NCBI GenBank assembly: GCA_002633005.1
Contig: NMRA01000085.1
Coordinates: 537,464 to 601,463, forward strand
From: Phoronis australis
Taxonomy: Eukaryota > Animalia > Phoronida
Length of the DNA: 64,000 bases
Direction: 5' to 3'
Part shown: piece by piece, positions 10,023 to 22,000 of the stretch
Position numbering within the stretch: position 1 is the first letter of the stretch
How the letters are laid out: each line of letters starts with the position of its first letter
Translations under genes and position numbers: made by a program
Notes under the pieces: generated by a model
Seen by the model: only the letters and a program-made list of their open reading frames with translations
Databases searched by the model: none
Told to the model about the DNA's origin: nothing

Positions 10023-13000
10023 ATGGCCGCGGCTGAAGTAATGGATTTGGACTACAATCTTCCGGGAGGGGCGTGGATGGGACGACAGATTCGCGGAATA
10101 CACGAGGACTCTCGAGGTGTGTTTCCCGAGCCGGCTCCACATCACTTCCGTCCTGACCCTCCGGGCCAAATGATGTCCATCATGAAACTGGATTACGTGC
10201 CGCTGGTGGGGAGACCCACAAAATCAGCTCCAGCGGCACCAAGAGGAGGACGTCCGGGCACGGGAGGCGTGTTTGCATCTCTCAGGAATAGTCCACCCGG
10301 CTCTCAGGTGAGAATTAATTCGGACAGCTCTGTACAAAACATAATAGGGCCCACTGGTTAAAAATAGTATATTTACTTTCTTAAATTTTCCGGACTCTTT
10401 TTTCACCTCAGATTTTCTTCCTATAGTCTGACTCACGTTTTCATTGGAATCAAATTTTTGTGACCACCAATGACTTACAGAGCAAGTCTCTTACAGGCCA
10501 CATTGGTCTCACATTTCATTTGAAAACCAGTTTGACGCCGGTTATTCAATGGAGAAAACTGGTTCTCAACATGTGGGACCCTGCCGTTAAAGGCAGAAAT
10601 AGCGTTGTTGACATGTAGATAACATGGCTATAACCTTGGGCCATCCCATTTCTCAAAATGGATAGTGTGGCGTGTTTTAATTTTGCAAGGGTCACAAAAT
10701 ATCGGGTGCTAAAATAATACATTATTTTACGTCTTCTTCTATGGTTATAGATCTACTGTCGTCGTAATGGAGTTCACTGATGTTGTTCGTAGCTTAAATA
10801 ACCACTTCATTATTATATGATTTTATTTTGAAGTTGACCGTTCTTGACCCGCCTACGTATTCCCGAATACAACTTCATCCATCAAAGAGTTTTACCCCTG
10901 ACTGCGTATGCTCAGTACGTCGTCACAATGGTTGGGTATCCCTTGAAAAATATATGGACTACGCTTGCCCACTAAATGATAGAACCAAAAAGTAAATACG
11001 GGCACAAGGTTTCTCATTTTTGTAGAAATTAATTATTATTCGAAGCTAAGATTTTAGCTTAATATGGCGGAAATGGAATTTTAATTTGTCAACTACCTTT
11101 AACAAAAAGTAACATGCTTCATAAATCATTTTGGTATGTTTTTTACGTCAAACCACCAGAAAAAAAAAACATTTTCGTTAAAGCGCTTATGACTTAAAGT
11201 CGTATTAAATCTGTGCTTTCTGTGAAAAAAACGTATTCCAAACTTAAAATTCAGGTCACCCACTAACCTAAATCAACGATAGAAACGCGTGTTGAAGGCC
11301 GCTTCAGGTAGAGCATTACTGAGTGGAAGCGTACCCTATAGCTGAAGAAAGTAAAGGGACCTGATGACTGTAGTTTATTGATGGGTAAAATAGTTGAGAA
11401 AGTTTTTTGCCGTACTTTTAAGAAAATGTATCGTATCGGTGCCACGTGACAAATGAAATCCACGTTTTATGATGTGCTGCTGCGTCCACTCCAGGTAAAG
11501 CACATGTATTCTCTATTTTTCATGGCAAACACAAACCTACACGTACAATGTGCTACCGCGACATACATTTTCGTGGCAAGTTCAAGAAGTATTTGCAACT
11601 TAGATGCGTGAATACATAACTGCATTTTCCATTTACAGAAATTCATTAAACTCTACAAGTACATGCATTTCATTGATTGCCCGGGAATGATTTTAGTACT
11701 GGTGAAGAGAAATTTGACTTATATGAAAGATAGCGTTTAATAATTAAACTTAGTGTGTATACAAATATTAATTTCAACACCTCGCTACTATGGTTTTGAT
11801 AATTCCAGTGATTTAGATATTTAAATGTAATTTAACTAATTAATCTATAACATAAACAGTCGTTATTTTCAACGAGCATACTGTACATTCTGTTTACTAA
11901 TGGAGAGGACATTCTTATGGGCATATAATCGAAGAGGCCTGCCGATGTTGCCGTTTTCAACCAGTATTAATTTTGAAAAATGTACTGTAACGACTGGATT
12001 CTGAAGGACAGGGGAATATTATATTTTATGTCAAAAACGTCCTGGAGGTCCAGGCGGTAAGCTTCAAACTCAAAGGGATTCATTAAGTCGAAGCGTCAGT
12101 AACGCTTGTCGATAGTAAACAATTGCCAAACAATCTTGAGAAGCCTACGAGTATTACTTGGTCGCAGATTTAAGTAAGTCAGTAGTTGTTGGCGGCCTAG
12201 GAATATATGAAAGCAGAAAGTCTATAGATTTTGATTTTTGACTTAGCCGCAAATCTGTCCTACATTGACTTTATATCAGCTTTAAAGGGACTCTAGATAG
12301 TCCCTGTTTAGTTCTGTTAACAGATCTTAACAACGATTGTCCTATCCAATCCCCTGATGTTCTGAAATGCTGATCAGGTCTCAAAATCCTGGAACAAATT
12401 TGTAATTAACTCCTTACAATAAACGTGACCAACGCTTTAAGCGAGTTACACAACTGTATAGGGATGTAGGTATGGACAACTCACGGTAAACCACAGAACA
12501 TATCTTATGCCAAAGGAAGTAAGTGTCATACTGTCTTCATTACTTACCAATGGTGCATAAACAGGTAACAACACGAGCATTTGGCTGAAATTACCAAAGC
12601 ATGGGGTTTAGTATCCTTTTAACTAAATTCGTAATCGCCGTTTTGGTTACTATTGTCAACACTGCCATGCTTCATCGTCATCCTAATGCCACTGATACGG
12701 TCGGCGTCGTCATTTTCACCACCATTGCCAGCAGTGAGCGGCTGTATAAACAAGCTAATAACTGGTATTTGTGTTTACGTCAACAACATCATGACTTGTG
12801 CGATCGTTAGCCACAGTCGTCGCTAGTGCCGTAAATCAGTAGACTGTAGATTTTTTAGTCGGGATGCAAATCTTCACCACGTCATTCTTGCATGCGCTAT
12901 CCTTTTCGCGGATCTTTTTTTTCAAACCAAAGATTTGTTCACAAACCAATTAATCCTGTTGAGAGTTCAAAACGATCCCCAGCGAACAATGCAGATATTC

Positions 13001-16000
13001 AACAAAATTATTCGGGATTATTTTGCTTGGAAAGAATCAATTAGATCTGAGGGACTTGAGAATCATGAAAATGTTGTTTTTGTATGATTTTCTTTTACTA
13101 CCATGTAAATTGAACCATTTTTTTATGATCTTTCATCAAAGGCTGTCACTTATTCATTTATTGCCGCGTGACATCAGTTGTAAAACTTCACCTATTTATA
13201 GTGCCTTCCCAAAACATGTACACACTGCACAATTGTCCTCCTATCAGATTCTTGCTTACAGGTGACTGCGTCATAATCTCAATTTAAAAACAGCAAACAC
13301 GACTATTTAACCTCGGGTCAGTATAAATAATTCTTTATCCGCATATATCTAAATACGCTTTGTTCAACCTTGCATTTATCTTTTTATTCCCTTTGTGATT
13401 TGTATGCTTACTGCCAATTTACGTGAAAAGAATTCTTTAACGCTTATGGCAATAGTCTTTCATTGGGTAAAGTGTAGCGTCCTAGCGAAGCGAGCGATGA
13501 AATCGCTTATGCAAACATACAATACAAGCGATAGTGATCTCCGTTCTGGCCTTAGAAACGAATCGGTTCACGGCGCTGAGCCCTGTCGACGGTGTGTTGA
13601 AATTGCCTCTTTGCCGGGAAGGAAGAATCGATAGTCGCAGTCGGAAAGCAAATTTTATAAGCTATTCAAAGCGTTTTTCGCAGTGCTAAAAGTTACTTCA
13701 GTTCCCGTGGCAAGTGAGCTAATAATTCGGAATAATTCGGACTGTGTACTGAGAATTAAACACCGAAGGTAGGTGGACAAGCTGTGATGTACTGAGGTTG
13801 AAAAGGTCTTTTCGCTATGGGGCTGAGTTAATTAGTCACGATCAAACAGTGCCCTTATGTAGCAGTACGGATGCCTTAGTCGAGCACATTTGGCAACAGT
13901 TTTGTCGTGGAGACACCGAGCTTGACAAAATATGTGTATTAGATAGAACCCGTCTACGTGAAAATCTGTCACTTACTCTTGTACATCATACTGCTCAATA
14001 TCACATTAAGATTCAATTGACTTGGTTCTGGCCTTTGACAAATACGGTACTCTCAATACGTCAGCTGGACTGCCATAGTTTGTGAAAGGCACAAGCACTT
14101 AGATTCCCTGCGAGACCACACTGAACTTCAGACCAACTTGAATGAAACCCGTCATCCCAAGCAGCTGATATTCTTTCATAATTCTGTACAGTTACGTTTG
14201 TTTCTGACATGTTTCGTGTTGAGGTTGTTGTCGGTGTGTTTTGAATTGGGCAATGTCACTTGTCTTTACTTTCGGTCGACATGTCAAGAACGGTGTCTGT
14301 AAAACGGTACAGCACTCGATTTCTTAAGTCAACGTCACTGTCAATCAATCGTACATTTTAACCATTGAAATGTAATTAAGCGTCTACATAGTGATGATGA
14401 ATTTGTTTATTCAATTCGAAACGCTGTGCTCTGTTGGTGACTAGAAGGATTTTACTTAAAAATTGATCTGCTAGCAAATGGCAGTCCACTCATCGACTTC
14501 ATAGCTTTATCTCTGGCAATGTTTATTGTTGCTAGCACTTGAGTTCAACGGCGATATCAGTGCCGATGTTTGATCAAGGATAACGATCAACATCGCGATC
14601 ATACTCCGTAAAAGCCTTTAACAGATATTCTGAGCCACTTGAGCGCCTGTAAGTGACATCGGATCATTTTTGAAGTTAGACAGTTAAGATACAAGACTTA
14701 ACTCGGTCACGAATCGGCTTCTATGAGAACTACGTACTTGCAGACACTATGACATAGTTTAATAATTACGTGGATCCCACTCACGTGACCCATATATATC
14801 GACGTCTCATAATTTTGGTGACTGTATATTTCGCAGATTCTTCATCCAGAAATTTATTTATAAGTATGCTAACAGTTGCTGAAATTTGAATCCACAGATT
14901 TGTATTGCATCTAGTCTCGGGGCTACTTTAGAACGTGTCTTTATAAAAAATTTACAATACAAAGACACTCCTGGGATCTAACCCGTTTACGTTGTTACTA
15001 TTGAAAAATATAATATCCTGAAGTGAGTTATATTGAATTTCACTTGTGTGGTAATTGATTATTATTTTGAACTCTTTCTTGTCCTAACGCAGGGTTTGTT
15101 ACTGGTTCGACTAGTTGCTCGCCCTATGTTATGACGGTTGCAATGCCTATTTTTTTTAAGACAACCCGAAGTAAAAAAGTTAACTTAGAAGGTGTCAAAA
15201 AGTTATAAATTAGAGATACGAGCAAACGCATGATCAAATGATTGTTAGTCACGATGTATAAAACCATTTAGCTTAAACACCCCGGGGTTCACATACATGT
15301 AATTCATTTTCGAATCCTCATTGCTGCAAGCCCGTTACTAATGATTTCAAGACGCCTTTTTATTTTTGTCCTTTACTTTTGAAACACTCTGTTTGCATGC
15401 CGTGTGGGATTCTATCAAGTCACACTTAATCATCTACGAACTGGCGCAGATTCATTGCGTCCGTAGTCCCTGGTAACTTATGTATAAGCTGGCCTAAGTC
15501 ATATGGTGTCATACCGTGCGACAGACAGCCAATGGTGCTCTATTAAAAACGAGATAAGAAGGGCGTGTGAACAAATTTCGGAAGAAATAAGTTGTACTCA
15601 AACAAAATCGATGCATGTAACACCTCGTTAAAACGCTCAGTTCTGCAGCATGTCAATGCAGCCATAAAGCCAGACATGCATGTGGTTATTGTGAAGGTAG
15701 AAAGTTAAATTTGTAATTGTGCCCGCAAGCGGTATGAAGTTTCGCGTCCTTAACTACTGGCGTAGAATGCAGAGAATCATTTAGCACGTATACTTCGCAA
15801 TATTTTGGCGAAAACTTCAGTTTCCATTCGGCTTATTTTCAGATTTACCAAAATTCTGCTACTTTGATGTAGTTATAGACCGTTTTACGTACCTAGTTTT
15901 CTTACGGAATGTTAAGCTCCGATTTTGAGAGTGACTTTCACGATTAGTGTATTCGGAGAGAACGAAAGAGGGTACTGAATGCCAATTTTATATTTCACGT

Positions 16001-19000
16001 CCTGCGGTTTACCGAAGTTGATTATCGTATGCGCAATCTCATATACCTTTTGGTCTACTCGGAATGAAGACACTGCATCTTCAAAATATTTCATAACTAC
16101 GCGAAATGAGGCTACCACCTAAAATATATATTCAAGAAGTGATTGTAACGCCCCATTAACACGCGGCCTCCAAGATTTAATGCGTCAACATGTCATAATT
16201 TCTGATACCAATATGCCAACAACGGCGCATATTACATTTTTCGTTGTATTGCTTGGTTTCCAGACTGTTAAGTTAACGCTGCATTTCTTCCTGTAAAATC
16301 AGACTCGTGCATTCCTTGCCGTGATTCCTTTCACGTAATATTCCTTGCCATAGTAGGATTCTGTTTCCGTTACCAACAAGAACATCGAAACCATCAGCGA
16401 CTCAAGAAAACAACTCAGTTTATTGGGTTTGGTCATCCATAAAATTGCGATTCGAAAGTGACGCATGTTGAAGATAGACTTTAAAGTCCGCCAACGGTAA
16501 ATGTGAAATTACTAGCGGTAGGATCAACTTTGAAGTGTTACATAGAATTTGGCAACTCACATATTTGGGTTCAAATAAGATTTTAGTGCCCTGTGAAGTT
16601 GGTAACACTCAATTACAAGAAAGGTTTGAAAGGTTTTTCAATTATGAAAAATCTGGTGACCATTTACTGTCGTTCGATTTACTTGGTGAACCTCAGTAAT
16701 TGCATGTAGTTCACTCATGCGTCACGCTTAAATTTTTAGAATTTTGCTTTCCAACCTCCGCACCATCTAGGAAACAACAATTTAATAATTAAATTCATAC
16801 ATGTAAATTATTCGCACAGAGCTACGTCCTCGTCACTACACGATATTTAGCGCATCACCACCGGGTTCCTCAAGTCTAATATTGACACCTACGGTAGCCA
16901 AGCCCACAGCAATTTGCATTGTGTTCACAGGTTACTGATTCAACAGCATCCTGAGAACTTAGGCTGATGATGTGTAGTTACACCATTATAATGACTCACT
17001 AAAATACATTACTACAACTGAGCTAGCAATATATTCTACAGCACTGACATTCGGAAACACAATGCAAGACGTAATTGACATTCACTTAACCAAAGGCTTG
17101 TCCAAGTTGCACAGAGCAGCAGTTACAAACAAAATTTGATCCATGGCAGACAACAAATTCAAAGGTATTACAGTTGACAATATCTTAAACTGCTTCATTC
17201 GCTCAATAGCTCTTTCCACCTGAATGTGAGCTCTTGCTATTCTTCTCGTTTGTGTTGCTCAGCTGACAACTAATAAAAGGTGGAATATTTAGCCCTGCAC
17301 CACCAAGTGCCAACAAATCTCTTATCAGGAACCCTCGATCAGCCATATCATCCCCATATCCAACCTAGTCTAGAAACCTCAACGACTCAACAGTTTTGTT
17401 GTCCGAGGCTGATCCAGTCCATCAGAAGGAAATAAAACAAAGGCCCCAGTTGGACCAATGACTACAAGAGCCATAATGGTGTTATGATGTTCATACGAAC
17501 ACCAAGTGATTCTTTGAGATGATGGGATGTTTGGCCGATGAATAAAAAAATTCTGTGCAATCTACAATTTTAAATCCACTTGACATGTTTCAGTCATTTA
17601 TTCAAACACCATCACCAGAAGAGATAATAAAGTGGCCAGCTGTTCGCCATTTGAAAACCAGGGCCAGGGAACATCTAAATTCTGACAGAGGTTTACATGT
17701 AAATGTTCACCTACAGAGCTCCAATCATTGTTATCAGCATTGCTCTTTCAATGACTTCCCAATAATAGATCAAGCAGAAACAATAAAGGAGCTTAAAATT
17801 CATGAGGCTCTACACATCAGTTGGTGCAAGCCCAATCTCAATAGGCAGCTGGCACACCACAGGTTGGTCTAGTTTATTGTCACTCCCCGTAACTGACTGT
17901 GTCTGTGTTTCATTACTTATTGCTGTGCCTAGCTTAGTGGCCTCTATATTCTCTCTTCTGATGATGGTGTTTGAATAAATAATACCGAAACATGTCAAGT
18001 CGATTTAAAACCGCAGTTGTTTTTATTAATCTATAATTGCTCGTGTTTTCTTAAAAGGCTTAAAACATTCTGGTAAAGTATTGAGTGTTTGTTGCTTGTC
18101 TCGTCATGTGACAAGAAATTGCAATTCATGATACATCAGATTTATCTATGTGGTAAACACTAAACTGATCAAAGTCTGTGAAACACCAAGGAAATCCTCA
18201 AGTGCTTCTACATCCAATGCACGCAGTACCCTAACCAGAGTCACTACCAATTCCTCAAACAGAGACAGTGTTCGCTGAGGTCCTCGTTTCTTGACATCGC
18301 TCGAGACTTTAGCAAGCTCCTGTCTAGCTGCACCTTCCCAGTATGACATCCTAGATGCACGGTTCGTGACATTATTGAAGATGAACATCAGACCTGACAA
18401 AAGTAGGACCTGCAAATAATAAAGTGTCAGTTCATAAGCTGCTGGACTGATTTGACAAGCTCTGTGATTGTCGACATTGTAAAATCAAATAGATGTCTTT
18501 ACCAGCATCTTTGCATTATTAAGTCCAGTGTTACAGTAACCATGTGAGTTGACAACCACGATTGGCTAAATCCCTGAACTACGAGTTTTAAAGGAATACA
18601 GTCTAAGCACTGATGTGTTGTTGCTTTCGGTTTAACCACCACACCTAGCTTTCTGATGTTTTCGGTTTAAAGGCCCTGGGCATTAACCCAAATGGGTACG
18701 ATAAGTAAAATGTACTTACAAGTATAGAATTTGCATGATTAACCATCCTTCTGAATGTCATCCATAAAGTTTGCGTTTGAGACACAAGCGGTCTATCAGC
18801 TGGGTATACTCTCGAAGGTCATCAAAACAGATGTTTGTCTGACATCCGACCGAAGCAAAACCTGCAAAAACATTAAACAGAGATTTGTTAAGATAAACTG
18901 AGTTTAAACTATGACTGACAGATTCTAAAATTGGGCTTTACATTACTTAAAATTGAAATTGAAGTTCTTACAGCAGTACTACATGATTTGTGATTTAATG

Positions 19001-22000
19001 CACCCCATTTGTCCCTTCAAGATTTTTAGTGGGTAAACATAGAGCGAGGAGGTAATGACCAGTGCAAACATACATCCTAGTGGGATGTGAGGTCCGCCAT
19101 AGGATAAAGAGACACCCCAGTGGGGTGTGAGGTTCACCTGGGGACTCACTTAGGAAAGAAAACCACGACTTTGCCATGCAGTGGCCCGCAAATCCCCCCA
19201 ATTTCAAACAACAAAAATCTCAAAAAATTAAGCCCAAACCTACAGTTGATGTTAGCTAATACAAGATACTCACCTTTTGAGGACTTTTTATGGACAACAG
19301 GTGGTTCCACCTCCACTTCCATGGAAGTATTAGCAGGAAAATACTCATGTCCTATATCTAATAATTTCAAATGATCTCCTGCAACATAGGTTTTAACACG
19401 TATAGCAGCGTAATTGTGATCTTCTATGTGGATTCCGTTGGACACATACACCACCGTTGGCTTTCGCTTTACAGGGGGGTCATCAGCTGAGCGCTGGGTC
19501 GGCGGCTTCCTCGCTCGCTTCCTTGTTAATCTGTCAACTTCAAGTTGTGTAACGGCAGCAGGGAGAGGATGTGGGTGTTCATCTGTAGGTCCTTTACCAC
19601 CAACAAAATGTTTGGAGCATATTACGGTGTTTTTCGTGACCTTTTCGATCCCAAAGTTCTTTCTCCCGCAGCGAGAAATCCACACTTTGCACTTGTCAAG
19701 GTTCGTTTTCGGCTTCGGGAAATTTATGAAAAATACTCCCTGCATGTGTTCTAGATGCGCATAACGCGAATCTGATTTACAAATCCCATAACAGCAATGC
19801 TTGTTTGGCATTTTTCACACTAAGAGATGAAAAACTCGAAGGAAACTGAACAGAATACACTCTGCGAACGAACCGCCAAGATGGCCAAACGACAAGCTTT
19901 TGCCCTACTTCCGTTGAAGTCTCGCAGAATCGCGCGTTATTGTTATTATCGCAGAAGGCTTGTTAGTTGCCTACGATTTGAGTTGCCAGGTCGGCAGATC
20001 AAGAAAGGATAAGAGAAGCAGTGTTTTTATACTCCACAGCTATGCACAGAGAAAAGTGTAAACTTTATTTTGTAAAGTCAGTACTATTTAATTATTTCAG
20101 TCCTATTCAAAACAAAAATCAAACGTATTTGGGGTTTAAAAACAAAGCGTTTAAGTGTGAGCGGGAATAAAGTCATGAAATTCTTGCCCACACTTTAATG
20201 CATGTTTATAGGAATTATTTGTTGCAATAATATGAGTGTCATTTCAATAGACACCCTTTATAACTGTTGTGGCTAACTTCCAACTTTTGTTAATTTACCT
20301 GTAAATTTTGTGTAATTTCAGATGTTTATGTCATGGAAAATTCCTTCACGATTACTCAGCACGGGTGACGCGATGGACACCATAGAAGCAGGTAACATTC
20401 AATTGACATGCAGGCGTTCTTTAAAATCTGCTGCAAAGACTTTTCGATATTTTTTACCAAAATAAAGTCAACTCGTTTGTCAGTTGTGTCGTGATCACCA
20501 GTTTGATTCTATATCCTGTGATTGAACTCCGTGTCTGCTCATTTCACACTAGACAAAACGTGTTCCAGCCGGCCAGACTCGGCATTCTCAGTCGGTCGAG
20601 TCACAGTTGGCCGCCCGTGAATACTTCCCCGACGACGTCATAATTACTATTTCTTGGCACTTGTTTGACGCAGTGTTTCGGCCTCATTTGATTCGCAAAA
20701 GTACGGACAAAATGAAACAAGCTAGGGTTGCACACGGCAAGGACGGATGGGTGGTTTCCTCATAGCACGCACGTTCAGTGCTCATAATCAGTATGCAGGA
20801 AGCTGTACAAGGACATTTCCTACGTTATGATGCATCAGCATAAAGCTGTTATAGTTTGGTTTCAGGCTTTGCTCAATAGTTGAATTATTTTTGCATTACT
20901 TTAGTCTCATGTGACAAGTAGATCCGGCGACAATTTCTTCGTAGTACGTAGTCCTTGGCACGTAGAGTGAAGTGTGGGGACCATGGAAATCTGCCTCACC
21001 ATAATCCGTGTCTTCGTGTGCATAGCACATGAAGGCTTCAGTTCGTCCAAACCTTTTTTCAGATAACCCCGATGAATTATTGTCGCAAGTGGCAAAGCTA
21101 CGTCTGGACCCTCCCGAGAACGCCACGTATCGGCTTCCCATGACATCCAAACCTGACCGCGCGCTGCCCACAGAATCGCCACAACACCACCAATTGCATG
21201 ATAAAGTGCGGAATGCTTCTGGTTGTAAGTGATCTCGTGTTTTCTGTTGGGTAAATGTATTCAGTAAACAGAAACACTGACTTGGAGACTGGTAAACACA
21301 CGTAGGTCAGTAGACCCTAGGTCTAATAGGTGAACATGATGAAGTGAGTTTATTTATTTGTCTTGAGTTCCACTCTCTTACTGAACCACCTATTTCAGTG
21401 GCAGTGTCCCGACGGGACGCTCAAAGTGGTGACTGAGCCACCCAGGGTCAAGTCTTCAAGTAATGACTTATGTCACTATGGCCTCTGAAATGCTGTCTCT
21501 TACACGTTTAACAATGAATGAACATGACCAATATCGTAATGTGTAATTATTCTGATTAATAAAATTACATTTTTTACACGATAATCAGGCTATGCGACTT
21601 TTGTGATATTAGTCTTCAGTTCGAATATTTCACGACCATTCGTTATTCCCCTAAATACCGTAATAGACGAGAAAATGAAGGTTGTATTCAAGCGATTGGC
21701 AAACATTTTAAGTTGTAAGATTAATATGCTCCAGAAATTTGCCGTAAGGCATCTGAACGCTACAGCACCATTTGCTGTCTGCCACGTCACCAGTGGAAAT
21801 TATAATTAAGTCAAATTCACACTGCACACGAACATTATCTTGTTGATACACGACCTCTTTCGGAATGAATTTGATACAGCGGTGATCTTCAGCCAGTATT
21901 TGTACTCGTTTACGTAGTTGTCAGTTCCTTTTCTCGTAAAAAACGGAAAGGCTTTCTGAGCGCAAATTGAATGAATATTTTAAAAAACACATTTTTGCAT

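Larger units (their letters stand above)
17082..19811 (-). mobile_element. Decayed PIF/Harbinger-group (ISL2EU-like) transposase gene: THAP + HTH + DDE, two introns
   Basis: Exon 19811-19274 encodes a THAP finger (CCYGIC...FPKP...W..RC...VICSKHF...P). Exon 18861-18720 ends CKFYT and has a frameshift and a stop. The exon from 18409 encodes HTH_Tnp_4-like GPQRTLSLFEELVVTLVR...LGVSQ..IS..FTT, then DDE_Tnp_4-like IIDCTEF, SYEHHNT, MADRGF, LNIPPF, RRIARAHIQVERAIERMKQFKIL and LCNLDKPLVK* (TGA at 17082-17084). It carries several stops and frameshifts, and no TIR pair was found. Confidence 0.88.

Noticed and set aside
16800-17081. Second (YqaJ-like nuclease) ORF and left TIR expected for an ISL2EU element
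   Set aside because: No recognisable motif, and no inverted match to the 19900-19940 end was found by eye.
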